From Octopus sinensis (taxonomy: Eukaryota): a stretch of 64,000 nucleotides of DNA. The notes beneath the pieces are model-generated. The model worked only from the letters and a program-made list of their open reading frames with translations. It was not told the origin of the DNA and searched no databases. The stretch lies in the NCBI RefSeq assembly GCF_006345805.1, contig NC_042998.1, positions 103,354,001 to 103,418,000 of the forward strand, read 5' to 3'. Positions within the stretch are counted from its first letter, which is position 1, and every line of letters begins with the position of its first letter. The position numbers were made by a program, and so were the translations under genes. Shown here in pieces: positions 38,701-50,700 of the stretch.

Positions 38701-41700
38701 GTTTAGTTTTCAAGAAAGAATAAATGACAGCATAGGAGTGGCTGTGTGGTAAGTAACTTGCTTACGAACCACATGGTTCCGGGTTCAGTCCCACTGCGTG
38801 GCACCTTTGGCAAATGTCTTCTACTATACCCTCGGGCCAACCAAAGCCTTGTGAGTAGATTTGGTAAACAGAAACTGAAAGAAGCCTGTCATATATGTAT
38901 ATATACGTGTATGTGTATACGTTTGTGTGTCTGTGTTTGTCCCCCCAACCGATGCTTGTGTGTTTACATCCCCGTAACTTAGCAGTTCGGCAAAAGACAC
39001 CGATAGAATAAGTACTAGGCTTACAAAGAATAAGTCCTGGGGTCCATTTGCTCGACTAAAGGCGGTGCTCCAGTATGGCCACAGTCAACTGAAACAAGTA
39101 ACAGAGTAAAAAGAGTAAAGATGACCAACTAATTGTAAGAGTGCAGAGTTACTCAGCTGACAGTATTTTATATTCAAGAATACCAATATTACTTCTTTGA
39201 GTTGTAAAAATTCAAACCATAGAGCCTTGTCCTGTTGAAGTAGCTTTGTAGAAAACGTACATTTCACAAGTTTAGTAATATTAGATTTAATAAAATTTCT
39301 AACTTTGCCTTTGGTAGGGATCAATGGCAAAAACATACTAGCTTACATTGTGAAGAAACTCTTCAAGAAATGAAGATGTCAAAGAAGTAGTGTTATCTTT
39401 TGTTTTGTCATCGTTTGTTATTCACTTTTCTTTATTTATTATTTTTATGGCTTAGTCAGAAGGTAGGGCTCATGACTTTCACATGATTGATACAATTGAT
39501 GTTCATCTTGAGCATCAGTGTCTGCAAGAAAAATATACATGCGAAGAGAATTTTGGAGTTTTAAGAGGAAGGATTTGGGAAAACAGTTGGTGCAAGGCCT
39601 GAGCAGGACTGAAGTATAAAGATGAAAGGAGAAGGAAATGCATGTGTCAGTGGGCTTGGCCACAGATGATATATTTGCAGTGCCTGTTAAAAAATAAGGG
39701 AAAGTTTGCAAAAATAAAAGCTACAGCTTTTTATTGCAAATTGTCTGTGCATATTCACCATATTTGGACAAACAAATAATTCAGTATTTTTACATAATGC
39801 TAACGGTATAATCATTTTGTCTTAATCTCTTACTTCTTATCATTTCTGATCAAAAATGTATCACAATCACTGTATACCATATAAGAATGTGTTCTAATGA
39901 GTACAGTATAGCTAACACAGCCTTTGCAAGCGTTTATGATTTATTATTGAATACCAAATTTGCTTTGATTTACAATAAAGTGGTTTCGCTTCTGTTGCTC
40001 AGAAACAACACAAGTATGCAAGCATGACTGTCCAGTTAAGAAGTTTACTTTACAGTTTTGGATTCAGTGCCACTGCAAGTCACTTTGAGCAAATGTCTTC
40101 ATTATTATAGTCCTTAGGTGCCTTCAGTGCAATTTGCTTCATTGCAAATATTAGAGCCAGGTGTCTAATTTGAGAATTACTTTTTTTCTTTTTTCCCACC
40201 TGTCTCAGACCCTAGAAATGAAAAAGTTTTGTGGGTGCTGCCCTTCTCTCTCTGACTAAATTGTTTAAAATAAGTTACCTTAACCCTTTCGTTACTGTAC
40301 TTATTTTGAGATGCTCTGTGTTTCTTTCAATTATTTTAAATATAACAAAGAATTTAGTAAAATAACCTAGTTATCTTTAAGCTAGTGTTAGGAACATAAA
40401 TTATGACTAAGGCTTGGTGTTATATTTTAATTCAAAACTTATGAAAACAAGACATTTACCACAGAGCCAGAGCCGGTTTTGGCCAAGTTAGTAACAAAAG
40501 GGTTAAACTTTTCCCTTATTAGCAGTACACAAGGTAAAACATGTCAGAGGTTTTTCTTTCAGTGTTCATGTAATCTTCAACCTCTGTGTGTTTAGAGGTA
40601 ATTTGGGGAGTGGAAGGTGATCATAATGGTAGTGGTGGCTATAATGATGGTGTAGTAGCAGTGGTTGATATTCATGGTCCTTTTTTTTTTCATATTAAGT
40701 ATAGAGGAAGAATCAAGATGCTGGGATGAACTGAAACACAAAACCAGAAAGATGGTTACTGATGCTGAGCTGTAAGTTATAATATTTATTGTTTGTGTTG
40801 GTGTATAGTTCCTAAGTAAACCCTCATCAAGTTCAACTATGATCAAAACTATCTCAGTTATTACTACATGGTTGTTGTTTTTTTTTGTTTTTTCTTTGTG
40901 CATTGAACCAAGACCACAATATTATTCATGATGGACTGTATTTATGTCCAGGGGAAGATTGTTTTACATCCTTCCAAGTTTTTCAATACCAACTGACCTT
41001 GCACTTCCACCAGTTTTGATATAAACCCCACCATATTTAAGACTTTTCATCTTTATTTTGTCTAAGACCCTTTTTGGTCTTAGCTAAAATAAAAATCAAC
41101 TTAATAACAAAAATTAGTTATTCAACTAAATGTCTCCAAGGATTATTTTCACAATTAATTGTTGCAGCATGTAGGCGGTGTTCTTTGATGGACTTATTGT
41201 CATGAATTACTTACTACTCTGACATTGAAGCCCAGTACTGCTTCTGGCTATTAAAAGACCCTCGCAACTTTGGGAATATTTACCTTTATTTTACTCGTAT
41301 CACTAACACTTTTAAGAAATACATTTTCTCCCCAACCACATGGTTCTGGGTTCAATCCCACCATTTGACATCTTGTGCAAGTGTCTTCTACTATAGCCCT
41401 GGGCCAACCAAAGCATTGTGAATGAATTTGGTTAAAGGAAACTGAAAGAAGCTTCTCTGTTTATATATATCATTATCATCATCATCATCGTTTAATGTCC
41501 ACTTTCCATGCTGGCATGGATTTGACATTTTGACTGAGGACTGGCAAGCCAGGAGACTGCACCAGGCTCCTATCTGTTCTGGCAAGGTTTAGCTGAATGC
41601 CCTTCCTAACGCCAACCATTCTAGAGTGTAGTGGGTGCTTTTTACGTGCCACCAGCTCGAGAGCCAGTCAGGCAGCACATGGCCATGACAACGATTTTAC

Positions 41701-44700
41701 TTCACTCATCAGGTCTTCTCAGGCACAGCTTATTGCCCAACAATTGAAGGATACTTTTGAACAGGCCAGTTATGCGACACTGACATCGGCCATGGTTACG
41801 ATCTCACTTGGTTTGCCGGGTCTTCTCATGCACAGCATATCTCCAATGGTCTTGGTCACTTGTCATTGCCTCTGTGAGGCCCAACATTTGAAGGTTGTGC
41901 TTCACCTCCTCATCTAAGGTCTTCTTGGGTCTATATATATATATATATAAAGAGAGAGACATGTATAGGTTCATACAGGTAGGGTCCTTCACTCCCATTC
42001 TTCAATAAAATCTCTGGTCCTGTGGAAATATTATCTTTCTTGGAGACAGGTGAGTGTTGGCATTGGAAAAGAGATCCAACCATGGGCCGCTAACTGGCTT
42101 CCATGCCAGTGGCTCGTAAAAAGCACCATTCAAGCGTGATCGTTGCCAGCGTTGAATTACTGGCACATGTGCTGGTAGCATTGCCAATGCCGCCGGACTG
42201 GCTCCCATACAGGTGACACGTAAGAAAATACCTTTTGAATGTGGTTGTTGCCAGTACTGCCTGACTGGCCCTTGTGCTGGTGGCACGTAATAGCACCTAC
42301 TACACTCTTAGAGTGGTTGGCGTTAGGAAGGGCATCCAGCTGTAGAAACTTTACTAGATCAGATTGGAGCCTGGTGCAGCCTTCTGGCTCGCCAGTCTTC
42401 AGTCAAACCGTCCAACCCATGCCAGCATGGAAAGCAGATGTTAAATGACAATGATGATGATGATGAGCATGGAAGAGTGGACATTAAAATAATGATTTGT
42501 AATAACTGATTGGTTAACATTCTCCAGTCATTACCATAATCAATTCAGTGGTTTACCTGTTTATATCTTTGTGTTCCAGGTTGAAAATACTCAACATTTC
42601 TTGGCTAATGATGCAGAATTATGTAAATGATGATATAAGGATGCAGAATTAAATTATGTTAATAGTTTAGGGCAGTGCTCTGCAACCGGTATGCCATGGC
42701 ACACTGATGTGCCCCATGACGATGCTAGGTGTGCCACAGTGTAACCTGAATATAATTTTTTCCCCATACTCTTAATTATATTTTTAGTTAAGGTGTGCCA
42801 CCAAATTTTGAAAAGAATATACATCTATTGCAAGTGAAAAAAGGTTTCAGAGCACTGGTTTAGGGTGATCTGTTGTTTGTTCCATGGTCTGATCAAAAGC
42901 ACTCCAGTTGCAACCATCCCATCCTTTTTCAAACACAGTTTATTGAAGACTTGTTGGTTTATAAAATGACAGACTATCAGAAATAGTAGGAGTGCTAACA
43001 TAAAGGTTTTTACAAAGACTACAAAAATAAAAACTAGAGAACTAGAGTACGAGGAGATTATTAATGGGCCAAATTATTTGTAAAATAAAATGTTTGCTGC
43101 TTGCCATGAGGTGGAAGAGAAGAAAAGAATTTAACCTTTGGTTCTTAAATGTTTTACAATACTTTGGTTGTTGCTTTTATATTCAAGTATTAGCTGGTTT
43201 AACTACAACACCTAGCTCTTGGGTGTTTAACTACAACACCTAGCTCTTGGGTGTTTTTAATGCAGTCCACTTTATTGCTAGCATTTGGGCCAGGTACCTG
43301 AGGTGACACTCTGCAGGACTGAGCCTGAAACCACAATGTTATGAAGCAAATTTCATAACTGTACAGACATATCAGTGCTCTTAATTAAAGGTAATTACAT
43401 TACATTAATTAGTTCTGTCCGTCTACATATTGAGTGATATCCTCCCTGAAATGACCCTTTCAAGGTCAATATAAGTAATAACTATTTATACAGTGTGTGA
43501 ATTGTTGCCATTTTATATTTTCAATTCTGCGCATGCACATTCTTTGTTTTTTATTTTGTTGATTACACAGTATAGTAGGGTCAGTTGGACACTGTCTGTG
43601 AGAAAAACAGCACCATGATACAATTCACTCTTCCAGAAATTTGGAAACAACATGCTGTACTGCTTGGCATTTGCACCAGAAGCTCCAGTACGAACATTCC
43701 AGAGTGTTTGGGTGTCAGTCTGAGGTATGAGAAAAATCAAACATCTAGTCAACATCTTGGTGTTTCAAGTAATCACTAGTGAAGGTGTGGTTATGCCTCT
43801 ATTCATCTTCCCACACGGCCTCAGACTCAGCATAGCAGCCTACATCAAGTACCTGGAGGAGGTAGTGCTGCCCTGAGTCAAGAGGGTGGCTACTGGAAGA
43901 CCCTATGTCTAACAACAGGACTCTGCACCATGCCACACCATCAGGAGAACCCAGTCATAGCTGTCAGACAATTTCTGTGACAACATCACCCCTAATGTCT
44001 GACCACCCAACTTCCCAGACTGCAACCCCCTTGATTATGTGTGGGGCACAGTTGAGAGAGAGACCAACACAATATTTTGTAACACCAAAGATGAACTGAA
44101 GGCAAGGTTTATGGCAGCATTCACCAACTTAAACAAGGAGACCATCCAGAAGAGTAGCAGGATATTCTAAAGTCTGCAAGCTGTGGTTGAAGCCAGTGAC
44201 AATTTTATTGAATAGATTTACTCTTTAGTATTTCAAGATATATTTATGTAATTGTGGTAAATATATTTGTTAAAATGAGATGTCAGTGTTATTTTTATTT
44301 CTGCATAATTTAGATGACAATTTATTCACTGCACCCTGTATAATCACCTATCTTTCACTATAGCCATCAGACTGTAAGAAATCATTATCAATATGAGCCA
44401 GTGACAGAGTCTCTACATTCATTCAACCTGTTAGAAATAACAGCCAAATATCCCTCAACTTATATCACTGCCATTTTAGAAAAGGTAGCTCACATTAGGC
44501 ACAGCAAATCTAGCTATAAAAAAATGATAGTATAGTCGTAGCTGGCATACCTTTTGATCATAGATCTGCTCATTTACACCTGACCTGGTACTAAACAAGG
44601 TCAATATTACTTCATAAGTTATGTATTAACAGACAAGAAAGTAATATTTTGAATGCATGTATAGCTGTGGACACAGCAGAAAGATTGCATATTTTACCCC

Positions 44701-47700
44701 TATAAAGCAGAAAAGTTGTCAGCAGACAAGTTCATTTGACGCTTCCAAAAGCAAACAAAAGTTTGTTTACTGTATGTTGTATATAATAAGTTATATTATA
44801 GAATTATTTTATTTATTCACTTATTTATTTTTCAATCAGACGAGATGTTATAAAGTTGAAGAATTATAAAGATCTACCTGAAGCAGTTTTGGAAACCTCT
44901 GAAAATTATCTTCCTGCAGTTGAATTTGAACCAAAGAAAATTCAAGAGACTATCAATCAATCTCTCAAATCAGCCGATATTAGTGTAAGTGACAATTTTG
45001 TTTTCTCTCTTGAAGAGCACAAATTGGGTTCAAAGACAACTATGTGGTTAAGAAGTTTGCTCTACAATCATATGATTCCAAGTTGTGTCCTACTGTGCAG
45101 CATCTTGGGCAAGTATCTTCTGTTGTAGCCTTGGATTGACCAATAACTTAATTAAGTTTATAGAAATAATAAAGAAGCCCATCATCACACACACACACAT
45201 ACACATTCCAGGGTGTGGTCTTCAAAAGTGTTGAGCAGCCGGTCATAATGTCAATAAGGAATGTAAAATCATATTACCATTTTGCTCAGGTATTAAAACT
45301 ATAAGATGCCAACTTTCTTGTACACATGTATACCGTAAATCCTCGAGTATAATCCACATTTTTTTCCCAAAATTTAAAAGTCAAAATCACTAGTGTGTAC
45401 TATATATGAGGTTAAAAATGAAAAATATTTTCTAAGCAATGTTCGAGTCTCAATTTGCTGTCCGGCAATGTTTATTCAGACGCATTTTGTGATGTTGGGC
45501 GCGAAAATACCTTAAGCTAAGCCTGAAAGCAATGAAGCCATAAAAGAATCATCCATAACTTGCAGTAAGCAACATTTATTAAAATAAAAGTATTCAGAAC
45601 ACAGAATAACATGTAACAAAAACAATTTGTGAACATATTTACATTCCTATATAACAGTTAAGAACATCACCATTATTGTATTACGCATGCGCAGAAGTGT
45701 TTGTTTGACTAGGTGCTGCTGGCTTAATTACGCATGACTCAAGTTAGAGAAAGGGTGCATATTATACACAAGGTTTAGGTTTTTCAGAGGTACAACCCCC
45801 AAAAAATCCCTTGCGTATTATACTCAAGGGCGGACTATACTCGAGGATTTACAGTATACATACACTGTGGGTTTCCTATAGTTTCCAACTAGCAAATTCA
45901 ATCATAAGACAGTCATCAGCCTGGTGCTATAGTAGATGACACTTGCCCAAAGTGCCTTGCAGTCATTCGAAACCCATGTACCTGCAAAGTGGACTTCTTG
46001 GCTGTGTAGCTATGCTTGTGTTTACATAGTTTTGATCTATATTCTTTTAACCCTTTGTCATTTAAACTGGCCATATCCTGCCCAAATATGCCTCCTGTTT
46101 TATCTTCAAACTGGCCAGTCCTAGCCTCTCACACCTATCCTACAATGTCATTCTAAAAAAAGGCAATAATAACATTGAAATTTCAAAACTATGAGAATAC
46201 ATGATTAATTCAAAACAGTATAAATAAATAAGCTTTACAATTTAACAGAGTAATTTGAATGCTAAAAGGTTAAACCGGATACCAAACATATTGGTGGTGG
46301 CAGCATTGTTGTTATTGTTGTTTTTTTATGCTGTAATTTTAACAAATATGTTTGGTTCCCTCTTTTCAGGTGATTTATTTACAAATTGCCAGCAGTATTC
46401 TTCAAGAATCAGCTAAAAGTGTTCATTCTCAAGCAGAAGCCCTACAATTATTATATGCAAAAAGTTAGTGATATATTTTTTCTTACTCTTCATTGTCACT
46501 TGTTATTGTTGTTTAATCTCCTGCTAAAACCAATCAAGCAGATATATGATCTAAAATATTCTAATAGTCACCACCCAGTCTTTAAAAAGTATCTAGGACT
46601 TCTTTATACCATAATTTTGTTGTTGTTAAGGAAAATTTGGTTGCTATTTTCAGTAGGATTAACATTAAGATGCTCCCTTCTTATATCATTTGAGTAGGGT
46701 GCTTGAACACATAGCCTTACAATGTATTGTTGGTATTTCTATTGAAAAATGCTTACATGCAATGAGAGGCAGGTTAGAAAAGATATCCATATAACTGACC
46801 AAGCAAAATACATTACTGCCACAAACAGTGGAAGTGGATCTGAAAACTCAGCAATAGTTTGGTGGTGGCAGCAATAATTTCTTATATCGGCACAAGACCA
46901 CAAATTTGCAGTGGCAAAATCAGTTAAATTGACTTCATATTTCATCAACTCTGGAAGGTTGAAAGAGAAAGTCCTCTACAGTTCTTCCATAATACATCAC
47001 ACTTACTTTATAGAGCATTCTACTTTCTATCATCATTGTCAAAAACTTTTAGTTAAATTGTTTGAGTGTCAGCTTAAATAAATGCTATTAACTTTTAATC
47101 AGCACTTGCTAATATTTGGTGTAAGATTTAGAAAGAGAAATGTAGAACAGCTTTTAGGAATTTGAATTATGAGTAAACAGTTCAGTCTTAGTTAAGATTG
47201 TTAGCATCTATCTATCTACCTTTAGAGCCAAAATTTGAAGAAAAGGACACATAATGAAAGGGTGTAGCTAGAATTTGAAGATTTTTTTTATGAAGGTAAT
47301 TTTGTTAATCAGGTCACCATTGACTCTTCATTGGGTTTGAACTAACCAGAGGCAGCAAAAATGCATAATGCAGAATATTCTTGCAAGTAAATGCCATTAC
47401 ATCCCAAATGAAGTTTTGCTAAGCTAGAGCAGAATTGCATCCACAGCCAAAATGAAAAGCAAGCCTTCTCTGCACAACTACTGACTGGTAGCTGCAAGTC
47501 AACAGGGACAGGCAGCTGAAGTTTGCATAATACATAGAACCAACAATGCTCTAGCCATATATGATCATCACCTCTGGGGCAACAGAACAACAGACCATAT
47601 CTGAGTAATAGCAAATGTACAAAACATCAAGAAAAGTGAAGTGCCAGCAGATAGGATGGAAAATAAATGAGCCTGTAGCAATGGGTTTTAGGGGCTCTGT

Positions 47701-50700
47701 GGGACACTCACTCAGCAAAGTTTTCAACCAGTTGAGTTTTACAGAGATGGCAAGGAAGAGAACCATTCAGTCTACAAGTGAAGCTGCAGAGAATATTATC
47801 AGGTGATTTCAGATTAAGGGGGCTGATCCATGGAATATTACTACTGAGACACAATTTGAGATCTGATCAACCCTGACTGCATCACCTGAGCAAGGTTGAT
47901 GTTGAAAGACCTGAAACATCACTGATGATATACCCCACCTCATCTAAAAGATGTTGATATATCTTGCACATCCATGCCTGTGGAACAACATACATCATAT
48001 GTCAACTGCTTGCTAATGGACTGAAGCAGTGTATTGAATTTTCAGAGTACAAGGCCATTTTAGAATCTTCAGTGAAGACAGGAATCCAAAGACATTTCCT
48101 GCATTTACATCTATCAAGCAGTGTTAAAACAAAGAGCTATACTCACATGCATGTGTGGAACATGGATGTTAAATACTTATAATACATGGGGCTGCTACCA
48201 AACTCACTCGCAAGGGCCTCTCTCTCAGAGTGAAAGTCAGATTGTCTGATGCCTGTATGCATGGCAGTGAAATATGGGCTATAACAGCCGAGGACATGTG
48301 TTGGCTTGAGAGAAATGAAGCTAGTATGCTTCGCTGGATGTGCAATGTCAGTGTGCATGTTTGACAGAGTGTAAGCATCTTTAGAGAAAAGTTAGGCATA
48401 AGAGGAATCAGATGCAGTGTGCAAGAGAGACAACTGCACTGGTATGGTCATGCGATGTGTATGGACAAGGACAGCTGTGTAAAGAAGTGCTGATCTCTAA
48501 CTGTGGAGGGAACCTGTGGTAGAGGTAGACCCAGGAAGACATGGGATGAGGTGGTAAAGTATGATCTCCAAACTTTGAACCTCACTGAGGCAATGACTAG
48601 TGACCAAAACCTTTGGTGGTGTGCACTGTAACCCTTTCAATGCCAACCCGGCTGTGGCTGGCCGTAAAATATTTTGATTCTAACAACCAACCCCAGCCAT
48701 AGCCAGCTGAGAGAACTCATTGTTATTTAAATGTGAATTTCAGAACAAATCTTGTTAGTACATTCATGAAAACACGTGATTTCTCTTTGTAAATAATCAA
48801 GTTATAATATCCAACATTGTTTGACATGATATCCGAACTCTGTGAATTTGGGGAGATTTTTTTTTTCCACATTTTTTCTTCAGCAAATTTTTTTCAGCTT
48901 TTAAAATTGATAGGAGTTTTCTGCTACCAAGCAGTGATTCCAAATTTGAAGGATTTTTCAAAAACAAATTCCGATTTTTCATTTCATTTTACCTTTACCT
49001 GTTCTTATGTGCACAATTCTTCTATATTAAAATTTTGCTGCATATCCTATTGAATATTAGCTGATGACTCATTTTCTATGATAATGTTTAAACAAAATTT
49101 AAATATTTTTATATTTTGCTGAATTTACCTGTAATTAGAGTCACTTTGAGACAAACCTTTTGCAACAGAGTTGATTAAGAACCCATTTTCAACTGTGTTC
49201 CAAAAATCACATTAATATGTTCATAAATAAAAAAGTTACAGTTGTTTAACCCTTTCGTTACTAACCCAGCCGTACCCGGCCAAAAATTTTTTGGTTCATA
49301 ATACCAACCCGGCCGAGAGAACCTATTGTTATTTAAATGTAAATTTGAACCCAAATTTCATTGGTACATTCATTAAAACATGTGATTTCACATTGTAAAT
49401 AGTTAAGTTATAGTATCCGACATTGCTTGAAGTGATATCTCAACTCAGTGAATTTTGGGAGATTTTTTTCGGCATTGATTTTTCTTCAACTTTGAAAATG
49501 GATAGGAGTTTCATGTTATCAAGCATTAATTCCGAATTTAAAGCCTTTTCAACGGAAAATAGGGAGATATTGAGAAAAAGAATGAATGAGGTCAAAAGCA
49601 CGTGGTGTACAATAATTAATATGATATTTTTTTATCCGAAATCAACGATTCCGAAGAAACAAAGCGGCGATGGCAACAGCAAAGACGGTTTTACATCAGA
49701 ATGAAGTAAAAAACTTTAAAAATGTTTTTATTAGCAATTTTTCTGGAGAGATAATTTATCTATAGTCTTTCTTAGGAAGCGAAACCATTAGACTTTTATT
49801 TTTTTCAGTATGCTAGTTTGAAGCAATCACTTCGGAAACAAATTTACGCAGATTGTAAACAAACACAAAAGTTTGGAAAATTTGTGAAGCAAATACTGGG
49901 TACTGTTGTGGATTTGGTTTTTATACAGGGAAACTAATGTTAGTCAGCATGGCTTAGGGTACAATGTGGTCTGGAAGTTATTGTTTGAAGCGATCAATGC
50001 AGAAACAAATTTATGCAGAATGTAAACAAAACATAAAATGAGGGATCAAAGTTTGGAAAATTTGTGAAGCAAATACTGGGTACTGCTGTGGATTTAGTTT
50101 TTATACAGGGAAAATAATGTTAGTCAGAATGGCCTAGGGAACGATGTGGTTTGGAATTTATCACTTCCATACCATAACCAGGGCCGTATGTTATTTTTTG
50201 ACCGATTTCTTTAGTTCGGTCAAACTTGCGGTGGATTCCAGTATTTCAGTTTATTCCACCTTTATGGTACACCTGTTGTGCATTAAATTCAACTGATGAT
50301 CTTAGTGATGTGCACAATTCTTCTTTATCAAAATTTTGTTGCATACCCATTTGAATATTAGCTGATGATTCATTTTCTATGGTGATGTTTAAACAAAATT
50401 TTAATATTTTTACCTTTTGCTCAATTTAAAATTTTAATATTTTTACCTTTTACTCAATTTACCTGGATTTACCTGTAATTAAAGTCACTTTGAGACAAAA
50501 GTTATGCAATAGAATTGATTAAAAACCCTTTCTTTAATTATGTTCCAAATATCACATTAATATGTTGATAAGTAAAAAAGTTACAGTTATTTAATGAAAC
50601 AAGCCTAAATTCATGATTATTTTAGAATTTAATTGAAACTCATGAGGGGTGTATTTTGATCAGAAATATAGTAACGAAAGGGTTAATGAAACTAGTCTAA

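Noticed and set aside
43198-43253. Exact 28-bp tandem duplication resembling CRISPR-like repeats
   Set aside because: Two adjacent copies without a spacer; ordinary slippage. No CRISPR array in this window.
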